A DNA stretch of 63,235 nucleotides, filler included, from Dugesia japonica (GCA_001938525.1; 6 parts of 6 records of this genome joined end to end with filler, not necessarily neighbours in it), one strand, 5' to 3'. Positions 50,763 to 62,288 are shown, numbered from the whole stretch's first letter. The notes: a model not told the origin generated them from the letters alone. Numbers and translations are program-made.

Positions 50763-52130
50763 ATGTCCACTAATATAATTAATATCGCAGTGAGAAACCA
50801 TGAGGTGTCCCCTGGAAGGAAATTTGGTCTGTGGAATATACGCGGTCTGAGTAGCGAATACAAACGAGTCAATTTATTTGACGACGTTTATGAGTTGTCG
50901 TTGGACATTCTTGCAATGATTGAAACTCATTTGAGCAGCAGATGTGAGGATTTTGATAATATATTATTATATACAAGTGGCAATAACATTACTAATAAGG
51001 ATAATTATAAAGAATCGGCTTCCTATTGAAAAGATATATCATCAATGAATACAAACCAGTGTTCCATATAATATCAGATTGTGTCACCGCCTTAAAATCA
51101 ATCAATATTATGAAAAAAAAGAGCGGTAAAAATGATGGACTAGGATTTGTTATGGCGTATGTACATAGTGTAAAATAACAATGAAAAGTTAGTTCAATTC
51201 TACACTGACCTAGATCGTTTTATCGAGCTTGTTAAAAAATTTCTACTATTAATTTGTGAAGACATTAACTGCGGATATGGTGGTTCAACTCTACCTATGG
51301 TAGTTGGCAACCATACGATTAGGTCCAGGACTGAAAGAGGTGAAGTAGTCATCACTTATTGCGCAAAAAGAGTTCTTAGAGTTCAAAAAATATTCTACCG
51401 ACACGTACTAGCTAACCAACGTACATGAAAACATCCCAGTGGTAACTTTATACCTAGAATGCTTGACTTAGTGTTGACAAACAAAGAAACCGCTATACTG
51501 GTAAAAGATGTAAAAGTCTTTAACAGTACATTCATTAAAACAGACCATCAGCTATGGGTTGTCAAAACCAAAGGGTCAAAAAGCCAAAAGGCGATAGCAA
51601 GCACGGTAGAGCGTATCAATACTAAATTTAATATTGAAATATTTAAAGAAAATATAGCTTTTGTAATTTATATATTAATAACAATATTGATAACATCCCA
51701 AGAGTATGGAAAAATACACAGACACTCATGATTGAAGCGATTAATTNNNNNNCTGGTACAACAGTCAAGAAAAAGTCTTATTAAGCTGTCTGTCTGATAG
51801 TGTACTTCAACTGATAAAATATAAACGTTCATTGCGTAAAACTCTGAAAAGGGGAATAAGCGACGAGATAGAACAAACCAATCTGAGAATTCAGTATAAA
51901 AATTGACGAAAAAAGTCAAAAGAGAAGTGACGCAATTTAAAGAACAATATATTGTGAATAAGTCAAAAGAAGTGCAGGAGTACATAAAAGATAGTAATGN
52001 ACATAAGGCTTTCTATGGAATAAAGTAAATACTTAAGTTATCAAGAGATATCTGACTTAAGATGAAGAACCAGAGTCAATGGCACTTCCAGTATAAAACC
52101 TTTTATACCTGTTCAGCAGTCCTACCTCCC
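50763..52130 (+). mobile_element. Non-LTR retrotransposon (RTE-like) AP-endonuclease region, decayed
   Basis: FGLWNIRGL...DILAMIETH; LICEDIN; T*KHPSG...MLDLVLT...VKDVKV...TDHQL. RT domain not seen. Confidence 0.75.
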
Positions 52131-53485
52131 AAGAAGGTCAACAATTTTTTTTATTGATTTGTGTTCAGATGACAAATAACCTTATCTGTGATTATTTGTT
52201 TGGGTTTGTAAACTTTTTGNNNNNNNNNNNNNNNNNNNNNNNNNNNNNNNNNNNNNNNNNNNNNNNNNNTTAATGTTTCTTCTATCGCCAGACCAGAATA
52301 AACCTAAAAAGAAATGGAATTATGAGTCACCGACTCCCATTAACGTATCCAAAAAACGGGTACATTAAATGTGGGTCTTGGAGTTGCAACTTTAGAGATA
52401 TATTAACAGAGATATATTAAAGTTTGAATCTTGAATAATGATGTCAAATTAAACTAAAATAAATTGAATAGAAATTAATTTAAAAGTAATTAAATAAATT
52501 TTGAAATAAATGTTTTTAATTAAAAATCTTCAAAGTTCAAGTTTTGACTCGAATTGTTTAACTTATTTAATTTTTTTGAAACAGAAAATTTAATTCTTTT
52601 TTTTTACTAAATAATTAGATTGACTTAACCATTATTATTATTTTTAATTAATTATTACTATATTATTATTAATTATGGTAGTATTTAATTTGATAAAAAA
52701 TAAAATATATAAAATATTTATATTAAAATTAAAATATGATCTCAAGTGAAAATGAATATTAATATGTAATTTCATCTGGAAAATAATATAAATTTTCATA
52801 TTAATTAAAATGTCATCTTTTATTAATCTAACAATAATATCATCATAATTCGTTTTTGACATAAAAAATATAGTTTTCCCATTAGAATACCGTACTTTGA
52901 AATACAGTTTATTTTTGCAACTAGATAATTATAAACAAAACTAAAACAACAAAAAAGTTTTCTAAATGTTCTTTAAAAAAATGTGTTGCCAATATAATAT
53001 CATACAATACCACTCATTTAATTTGATTTAGAAAACTGTCGCTTAAAAATTCTTTGATCTTAGAAAAAAAATTGAATAATAAAACATTTTCTTACTGAAA
53101 TTTAAGAGAAAATTAATACTTAAGTTAATAATTGAAAAGTTTTATTTGATTTCCAATAAAATAATAATTCGGCATTTTGTCGAAGAATTCTACATATGTG
53201 ACTTGAACAAACATTACCCGTATTAGTTAAATTCAAAACCTCGCAACTCTCCAACCGTTTTTATTTATTATTACAATTTTTTGATTAAAGCGAAAAAAAG
53301 ATGTATTCAAACAAATAATCTGAGAAATTTTAATAAAATATTTTAAAAAAATATCGATTTTAATTTTATGAAATATTTTATTTTACGTATATCTTTAATT
53401 GATTTCAAATCTAATTTCACAAAATAATCTTTATACTTTTATAATTTTGACTAATATATAAAATATGGAATTTAAATAATTTCTA

Positions 53486-53585
53486 NNNNNNNNNNNNNNN
53501 NNNNNNNNNNNNNNNNNNNNNNNNNNNNNTTAATTAATTAANNNNNNNNNNNNNNNNNNNNNNNNNNNNNNNNNNNNNNNNNNNN
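53486..53585. other. Artificial contig linker
   Basis: TTAATTAATTAA at 53530-53541 between 44-N runs. Confidence 0.95.
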
Positions 53586-54099
53586 ATCGTTTTGATCTTC
53601 GCAATTGAAAATAAATTTTGAAATGAAAATTTTAAAATTTTAATTTCTGAAATGAAATTTATAATATGCTCCATATTTCCTAGAAAATACTCAATAAAAT
53701 TAAATTTTAATGTTATAATTAGTTATCAATGAAAATTGATTTTAATCAGATTAATTTAAATTGTGTTTCTATTTAAACGCTTATAACCAGAATGAATTGA
53801 GCAATAATTCCTGAAATGGCATAGCCGAAATATTGAACTATCTATAAAAATAGAAAAACATCGTTTTCATTTTTGCAATTGAAAATAAATTTTACTTATT
53901 GAAATTTGTTTTTCAAAACATTTGTTTATTGTTTATTATGGCTAAAAGAGCAATGCTATCGTTGAATTATCAGCACAGCAGTTAAAATATCAGTTTATGG
54001 TTGAAATATTAGCATCATGAGAAAATAATCAACATTACAATTGAAGTAACAGCATTTTGATAGAAATGTTAAGATTGAAACGCCCAACTCATACCAGAT

Positions 54100-55560
54100 A
54101 TGCCAAAGATTGTTAATGGCTCTAAATTATTATGTGTCAATGATTTAAATTTGAACTGTTGAAAGAAATCGGCTAACAGAAATATAAGTCCAGTAAATTC
54201 TTAAAACCGGTGATTGTCCATATTTATATTGCTTTCTGATAATCTTGATTACTATTTTCCTTCCATCTTAGTGGCATTGTTGTTGTTTCAATCATAACTT
54301 GTAAACAGGCATAATTGTAAGGAAATATCCTTTTAAATTTGTTATTCTGATATTTTTAAAGAAACGAATTTAAGAATTATTATTGGACAATAATATGTAT
54401 AACGTTTACGAGAAAGGAATACGAGGTGAAATCACATTCGTTAACAAACATCGGGGCCGTATGTGACTAAAATATGAAACTTCTGAAATCAATAACCTAT
54501 ATGGCTCGATATTGATTGAAAAGTTGCTTATAAGGATTTCGAATGGGTTTACTCTGATTTGGATAAGGTTTTAGAAGAGTGCAGAACATCAGAATTGAAA
54601 ACTTTTTCATCTGGTTATTCATTAGAGATGGATATAGAAATTTCTGATGAGATTCACTAATATCTTAGTGATATCCAGGTTGCACCGGAACACCAAAATC
54701 CTTCAGGTTATAAGGTAAAGAAATTATTGCTGGCACACCATCCAAATTAGAATTGTGTAGTGCATTGCAAATTTACTTTTCGTTAGGTTTGCAAGTAATA
54801 AATGTTCATAGAGCAGTAAAATTTGTTCACGTTCCGATTTTCAAATATTATATGGATAAAAGCACTATATTAAAATCGTAGAGAAAAACAGAATTTGAAA
54901 AAAAACTATCATAAGTTGCTGAATGATAGTCTATATGGTAAATACTTTGAAAATAAAAGTAAAGAATAAGCCTTCAAATATGCAATTCAGCAAAAAAACC
55001 TGTTGACCTACGTATCAAAACTAAGGTTTCGGAAAACAATCCAAATAGATAACGACCTAATAGCAGTCCACCTTAATAAAGAATGTGTGTTTAAACTGGC
55101 AAAGTTATATAGGGCAGACATGATTAAATTTATTGAAATTAAGAATGTACTAACTACAGTATAAAAGGCAAGAAAAATATCGAATACAAGAAAAATGCAA
55201 GATCAATATAGTGGCAGGAATCATATGTAGTATTGTCTTGGAGGTTAAGGATATTAAACTAGAAAGGTTATTAGAGCTGATAGTAAAATTCCAATTATTA
55301 GACACATCTAATTATAATACAAGCCATTCAGTTTATAATATGAGCTTAACCTATGTCATAATAAGAATAAGATATTTATTATTTCAGAACTTGAAAAATA
55401 ATATTGCAAAACATCAAAAAACCATAAATTATAAGAGATCTGCAGAAAGATCTGTAAATTAAGTATACAAATTACAAATGAAATCAACTGAAAAACAAAT
55501 TGAATTATAAATCCTTATAAAAATCCTACAAAATGTCACCATGTTCAACGAATACACATG
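54100..55560 (+). pseudogene. Decayed Polinton pPolB polymerase domain (second lineage, no intein)
   Basis: YEKGIRG, INNLYG (motif A), FEW, KVKKLLLAH, KLLNDSLYGKYFEN (motif B), degenerate motif C 'VAGIICS', LLDTSNY. Confidence 0.75.
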
Positions 55561-55799
55561 ACAACATTTTTGTGAAATGATAGAATCAATTCTTTTAATT
55601 TTTGAAAACCGAATTTATTTCAATCAACATATTTTTCTCGCTTTCCAGGATAAATTTTTGATTAAAATACTATGCTTAATATTTGCACAAATAATATGCT
55701 CACCAAAATCAAACTATTAAAACACTAAATCTGAAATTTTCAGTCACAGTCTCAATTTGGAAAACAAAACAATTTTCTGTTACTTTTAATATTCACTAA

Positions 55800-57720
55800 A
55801 CCCTTTTATATCTGACAAAGGTTGAATTTCATAAAACGTGATGGAGTAGATAGATAGGAGCGCATTGGAGGAAAGACTTTTCACCGGGTAGAAAATTTTT
55901 TACATCAACAAATCAGATTACTTTAGACGATTAGCTGATGGATAGTGGCGCACGACACTATTAATATACAGTGATGTACAATGACAATTTGGTATCAACT
56001 AACTCAGAATTTAAAACTGAACATTTTTCTATATGGTTTGCCTGTTGCCCTGTAATTCTTGCATTTCCTAGTCCAAGCATGACTATAGGCAAGTCAATGG
56101 ACCATCTCCGTTCTGAAGTTGTACAATGTGTTCGAATAGCATATTTTATGGTTTGATGAAGTCTCTCAATTTTACCGTTACATTGTTGATGGTATGCTGT
56201 TGTGTTGCGGTGATCGATTCCGTATCTCTGGCACATTTCTTTGAATTGATTTGAAATAAATTGTCTCCCTTGATCAGTAATTATGATTTCTGTTGGGACA
56301 AATCTACTGATCCACACTTTTTTGACCGCATCTACAATAGCTTTTGTTGTAATCTCATTTAATGGTATGGCTTCAGACCAAGATGTTTCACGATCGATCA
56401 TCGTAAGAATGAATTGCTTTCCTTCACATTGAGGTAGAGGGCCGACAATATCCATGTGCATCACTTTGAACCGTCCTAATTCTGGAAGACGTTTCAGTGG
56501 GGATTGCGTTTGACGAGTTATTTTTTTTGATTGACATCTGTGGCATTGCCTTGTCCATTCTCGAAGGTCTGATTTCATCTTTGGTCATACAAAGCGAGCT
56601 CAAATGAGATATCTTGTTTTCTTGGCCCCTGAATGTGCAATGTTGTGCAATCTGTCAAACTCAGTCTTTCTGTATCGCTTTGGTAGCAAATTTCTGGATT
56701 GTGTGGAAGTATTTGTCAAGATTCTGTTGATCTCTTTTATTTTTAGTGATTGATGTTGTCTGAGTGAAGCGTTTGATTGTTGGTCTTCGATCAATTCATC
56801 CTTTCTTATTGAAAATATTTCGCCTTCAGATAGTTCTTCTGGAATTCTAATTAAGAAGTCAGCTACGACGTTTTCTGATCCTTTCACAGATTTAAGCTGG
56901 AATGAGAACTGGCTGATAAATTCAACATGACAACATTGCCTGTTTGTAGGGTTCTTCATCGATTGAATATATAGCAGTGGCTTGTGATCTGTTAAAATTG
57001 TGAATTCGCTGCCTTCTAAGTAATGCTTGAAATTCTTGATGGATAAATAGATGACTAAAAGTTCACGGTCAAACGTTGAATATCTTTGTTCTGTCTTGTT
57101 TAATTTTCTTCAGAAAAATGCGATAGGTGCAAGTTTGTCGTTGTCTTCGTGATTCAGACTTGCTTCAAGTGCGTTATTTGATGCGTCCGTTTGAAGTATT
57201 AACTTTTTATTTGAATCAGGTAAAGTCATATTTGTAATTCGATTCAGTGCTGCTTTGATATCTGAGAAAGGCGTTGTGTTGTAGATTATAATTGTGGTCT
57301 GTTCTATTGGAATAATCATTCTTTCCCAATCCTTGCACTTTATTGTTGTCGTGAATAATTAGATTTCCTCTACATTCTATTATAATGCCAATGAATGTCC
57401 ACTTGAAATTTTATGGAAGCCCAACGATGTTAAAGCACAAAGTGCGTTGTCCCTGAGTTGAAATTCTGCTTCCACTAGCTGAAATTAGTTGTCTGGTCGT
57501 TTCACATTGATCAGTGTGAAATTGTTTGGCTGGTAGAAGACTAACATCTGCTTCTGTGTCAATTAGAAAATTTATTACCTGGCTTTGATAATTTACTGGA
57601 ACAGTGAATATTGTAGAGATGAGTTCCGGTTCAGGAGTGATAGGGTTCTAAATCACCGGAATTATTAAGAACCTTTCTCGTTTTCATTAGTTTGTTTCGA
57701 ATTCCGATCACATGGTTCAC
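55800..57720 (-). mobile_element. Gypsy pol remnant (protease, RNase H, integrase; RT apparently deleted)
   Basis: FLIDTEADVS; LQTDAS...YSTFDRELL...TDHKPL; H..AHSG...C..CQ; HMDIVGPL...TDQGRQF...NGKIERLH. Confidence 0.85.
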
Positions 57721-57862
57721 GGCATTTTCCGGCTAATTTCCCATATTTGAGGTAATAAGTAGATGAAGTTAGTAAGACTTGGGCTCAAGGTAGTAAAATT
57801 CATCCCTAAATATTCAAATTTAAGATGCCAATCGCCAAAACCGCGATATGGCAATAAAATCC

Positions 57863-57930
57863 CTAATAATATCCAATAATATCTATAATAATCCAATAAT
57901 ATCCAATAATATCCCAATAATATCAATAAT
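57863..57930. repeat. Tandem 10-bp (CCAATAATAT)n repeat upstream of pPolB
   Basis: About six imperfect units, direct observation. Confidence 0.8.
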
Positions 57931-58093
57931 CGCCCCCTAAATTATCATTTTCATATTTCCCATCGGTATTTGAAAAATAAAAACTTAAAAAAATGTAAAA
58001 ATATAAAATTTATTTCCCATTGGTATTTTTAGATTTTTTATAAAATTTATTTGAAGAGGTAATAAGAGGTGTGCTAAATTTATCCTTTATAAA

Positions 58094-61000
58094 ATGGCTA
58101 CAGCGAATAATGTGATTAAATGTAAAACATGTGGAAAAACATTTAGAAATAATACAGGTTTATTAAGTCATCTTACAGCAAAACCATGTACAAGACCTAA
58201 AGATAAAATTTATACTTGCATAAAATGTTTAGAAAGATTTGAAACAGAATCTGGATTACAAAAACATAAAAAATCAGCGTCTTGTTGGAATCCAATTAAT
58301 GTAAATTTACATTGTGAAGTTTGTAATAAAAATTTTAAAAGACAAGATCAGGCTAAATTACATTATAATGGGGAAGAACATAAAAAGAAAGTTAGAGATA
58401 TTCAGGCGTCACAACAAATTGAACAATTAGAACAAAATGAACTTGAAGTACCCGAAGAAGAAGAATCATTAATAAGACCAACAATAGCAAATTTATTTAA
58501 CACCGAGTCATATCCAGATTATGAAATTCAAATTGGATTAAATTCAATATTGAAAATGAAAAAAGATATAAGTGAAAAAAATTCACAATCAATTTTAGAT
58601 TTTCATCAAGAGATTACAACTATTGCAAGAAAAGTTTTTGAGAGTCAAGGTAAATATAAATTTCGAATAATTGCAAATGGGGTATATAGTAAAGAAACTA
58701 AAACAAATATTTTCCATTCTTATTCCAATAATAATATTGTTTACATAAAAAGGAAAGTTCCCCAAGTTGCACTTATGGCATTAAAAAATTTACAAATATT
58801 TATAAGACATGAAGCTAGAAATGAATCAAATTGGAATTTAAATTATATTAGAGATTTTACAATTGAATTTGTGAGATATGAATCATTAGTAGGGGGCACA
58901 TATAAAGAATTACCATTTATAAAAAATGGAGTGATTAATATAAAAAATTATGATAATAAATGTTTCTTATACTCGATTTTGGCACATAAATATGTAGTTG
59001 ATAATCTAACAAGATTAACTAATTACATTAATCGTTTATCAGAATTAAAATATGATGAATTAGATTTTCCAATGAAAATAGATGACATAAAAAAATTTGA
59101 AAGATTGAATAATTGGGAAATAAATGTTTTTGAAGTAAATAAAAATAAAAAAATAACACCACTTAGAATTAAACATTATGAGACAAAAACCAAGCCTGAG
59201 GAAAATAAATGTAATTTATTAATTTATGAAAATCATTATTTATTATGTAGAGATGTTAATGTTTTTGCACAAAATAAAAAAAATGCAAACCAATTATGTT
59301 TGGGTTGTATGAATGGTTATCATAGTAAAGAATTATTAATATCACATCAAAAAGAATGTATTTATCATGAGGCGGCAAGTATTACATTTCCAAAAGAGGA
59401 TTATTATGAATTTAAAGATTTTGATTTTATAAATAAAATTCCATTTACACTTTATGGAGATTATGAAACTTACACCGACACTAAAACTGAAAAACAAAAA
59501 CCATTATGTTTAGGAGTTCAAATTGTAAGTCAATATCAAAATTTAATTTCAAATTATTATATGAAATTTGATAGTGAAAATAATATTGAAAAATTTTTAA
59601 GATTTCTAAAAAATTTTAATAGAATTGTTGATGAAATTTTAGAAGAAAAATTAATAAAAGTTTACACAGGAACCGATCACCCAGATTTCACTGAAGGCAC
59701 CAAATGTAGATATTGCGAGAAAATAATAACTGAAAATCCAGTAATTGATCATGATCACTTTAATGGCAAATTTCGCGGATATGCACATCAAGTTTGTAAT
59801 CTTAATGACCGATCCATAAAAAATTTATTCATACCATTTTATTTTCACAATGGAGCNGGGTATGATAACCATTTATTTTTTAAGGAATTAATGACAAAAT
59901 ATCCCAATGATGTTAAAAAATTAATACCCCATTCCGATGAAGAATACATTGCATTTCATTATAAAAATATTAGGTTCCTAGATTCCAATAAATTATGCCC
60001 ATTTACACCCGTAGAATAAATGGGTAAAATGTTATTAAAAATGAATAAATATCCAATTACACAATCTCATCGTTTAGCCCCAAAGAAAGTATCATATCCC
60101 TATAGTTATGTTAAAGGAAAGGATTTGAATGAAGTTCAAAAATTATTAAAAAGAAATTATACTCCAACAAAGGATGATTTTTACAATGATTTGAGAGAAT
60201 CCCCAATGAGTGAAAATGATTATCAACAATTTTTAATTGACTATGAATCATTTGATAACATGTTAGAATACACCCATCATTATAATAAATTGGATGTAAC
60301 AATCCTTGCAGATTTTATTGAAATCCTCAGAGACTTTTGTTTGAAATATTATAAAATCGATCCATGTTATTGCTATACCGCACCAAGCTTAACGTGGAAA
60401 GCGGGAATGCGATTTACAAGACAAAAATTAAAATATGCAAAACCAGAAACCTATAATATCTTTTTAATGATTGAAAGGGGAATTCGTGGTGGATATTCGG
60501 GATTGTGTGGTAGTAGATTACTATTACCTTTTAATGAAAAAACAAGGAAATGATGTACAATTTCGTTTATAATGAAATGCAATCACGATTAGGAAGAGAA
60601 AATTATGATATCCATTATTCAGATAGTGTAACTTTTGACACCCCAATATTAATAAGAGAAGTAGATGAGAAACCTGAAATTAAAATGATATCAGAAATTT
60701 CTGAAGATTTTAAAGAAAGATCAGACGGGAAAGAATATTCAGAAATAGAAAATTATGAAATATGGACAAAAAGTAATTGGGTAAAATTAAAGAAAGTAAT
60801 TAGACATTTTACAAATAAAAAGATTTATAGAGTTATTACAAAAATGGGAATAGTGGATGTAACACAGGATCACTCACTAATAGCTGAAAATGGATTATTA
60901 ATTAAACCATCTGATTTAACTAAAAAAACTAAATTACTTCATAATAAATTATTTGAATTACAAACCGGTAAAGCATATCATGGCATAAATAAAATTATAA

Positions 61001-61730
61001 GAGATAAAGTGTCACTTGCAAAATTATATTACATTGGATCATTATTAGGATTTAATTTAATTATTGTAGAAGAAGATGGGGGATTTAATATTTTAGAATC
61101 AGAAAATGAAATTGAAACTAATGTTCAAACAGTTAGATTTTTAAAAGAAGCCAATGAATGGGTTTATGATATTGAAACTGAAGATGGAACATTTAATTGT
61201 GGATTCCCATTAATAATAAAAAATACAGATTCATTATTTGTTGAAGTGTTTGGAACAGAAAATCTAAAAAATTAGAAAGTACTTTAGGGAGTAAACTTTT
61301 CCGAATGAAAGATGAGTTACCCACCGGTACTATAACTAAAGCTTGTTTTTTAAGAGCTAAACCATATGGATATGATTATATTGAAGATGATAGAATAATT
61401 TTTAATAAAACACATAAAGGAGTTCAATCTTTTAATAAAATTACGATGGATCATTTTGAACAAGTATTAAATAATCCTAAAGCCGTAGTTATGGGAACAA
61501 ATCATTCTATAAAATCTAAAAATCATGAACTTGGAGTCGTTAATCAAGAAAAGATTGCATTTAGTGCTTATGATGATAAAAGAGTAATATCCAAATATGG
61601 GTGTAAATCATGGCCAGCAGGAAATAAATATTATTGTGAGGACTGTGAAATGTATCATTTGAGAGTAGATGAAATGAATAATAATTTACCATGTTCATCT
61701 TTATTATACTTTAAATTTTTTTATTTAGAA
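58094..61730 (+). pseudogene. Polinton/adintovirus protein-primed DNA polymerase B, disrupted (ORFs 58094-60019, 60020-60553, 60550-61275, 61305 onward)
   Basis: 3 Zn fingers; DNKCFLYSILAH...ENHY; ExoI YGDYET; EndoVII CRYC..DHDH..GKFRG.AH..CN; ExoII FHNGxGYD; FLDS; YPYSY; ExoIII YNKLDV; GIRGG; motif C YSD/TDS; MKDE..LRAK.Y..KGV..DDKR. In-frame TAA at 60017-60019, motifs A and B missing, frameshift at 61266-61271. Confidence 0.92.
60625..61224 (+). mobile_element. Mini-intein (200 aa) inserted in PolB motif C (YSD|TDS)
   Basis: Block A SVTFDTPILIR (Ser1); block B VDVTQDHSLI (TxxH); block F WVYDIETEDGTF; block G IIKN followed by Thr+1. Excision restores Y-S-D-T-D-S. Confidence 0.93.
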
Positions 61731-62288
61731 ATGGTGAATGAAACGAATAAAGGGAATATAACAGAGGAATCATTAGCAAAATTANTAAATTCTGATAAAT
61801 GTAGATCTGTAAGAATTGATGGTAAAAATTATTGGATTAGTAAAAAAGTTAAAAATGAAATTAAAAATCACCCTAAATATAAAGAGGGGGGTTTTGCATT
61901 TCTTGCAGCAATACCAGCAATTATTGCCGGATTGGCAGGAGCTGCTGGAGTTGCTTCAGGAGTTGCAAGTACCGTTTCAAATTCTAGAGATGCAATTTTA
62001 AAACAAAAACAAATTGAACAAATTGAAAAAGGATCTGGATTATATTTAAAAAATGATGAAGGCAGTGGATTATATTTAAAATCTGACTCCGTTGGTTCTG
62101 GATTATATTTAAAACCATATGAAGGCACTGCAATTCATAAATATTTTAAAAATATTTTCGATGATTTAAAATTAAAAGATTCAACTAAAAAATTTAAAGA
62201 TGGAATTGAGATTGAAATTAAAGGTGATGGTTTATATTTAAAGCCCTATAATTATTATGATAAAAATGGACATTCGGACGAGGATTAG
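61731..62288 (+). CDS. Polinton PX-like / adenovirus core-or-membrane-lytic-like precursor protein (in frame with pPolB C-terminus)
   Basis: KEGG|FAFLAAIPAIIAGLAGAAGVASGVASTV hydrophobic segment followed by GSGLYLK x3 and GDGLYLKPY; own ATG at 61731. Confidence 0.7.
   Translation: MVNETNKGNITEESLAKLXNSDKCRSVRIDGKNYWISKKVKNEIKNHPKYKEGGFAFLAAIPAIIAGLAGAAGVASGVASTVSNSRDAILKQKQIEQIEKGSGLYLKNDEGSGLYLKSDSVGSGLYLKPYEGTAIHKYFKNIFDDLKLKDSTKKFKDGIEIEIKGDGLYLKPYNYYDKNGHSDED

Noticed and set aside
60017-60022. Alternative genetic code or programmed readthrough in pPolB
   Set aside because: TAA ends other ORFs normally, and the gene has further lesions; a nonsense mutation or base error is simpler.
60550-61275. 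Hedgehog-type or stand-alone Hint protein
   Set aside because: Flanked precisely by YSD and TDS of PolB, with terminal Asn and Thr+1; no sterol-recognition region.
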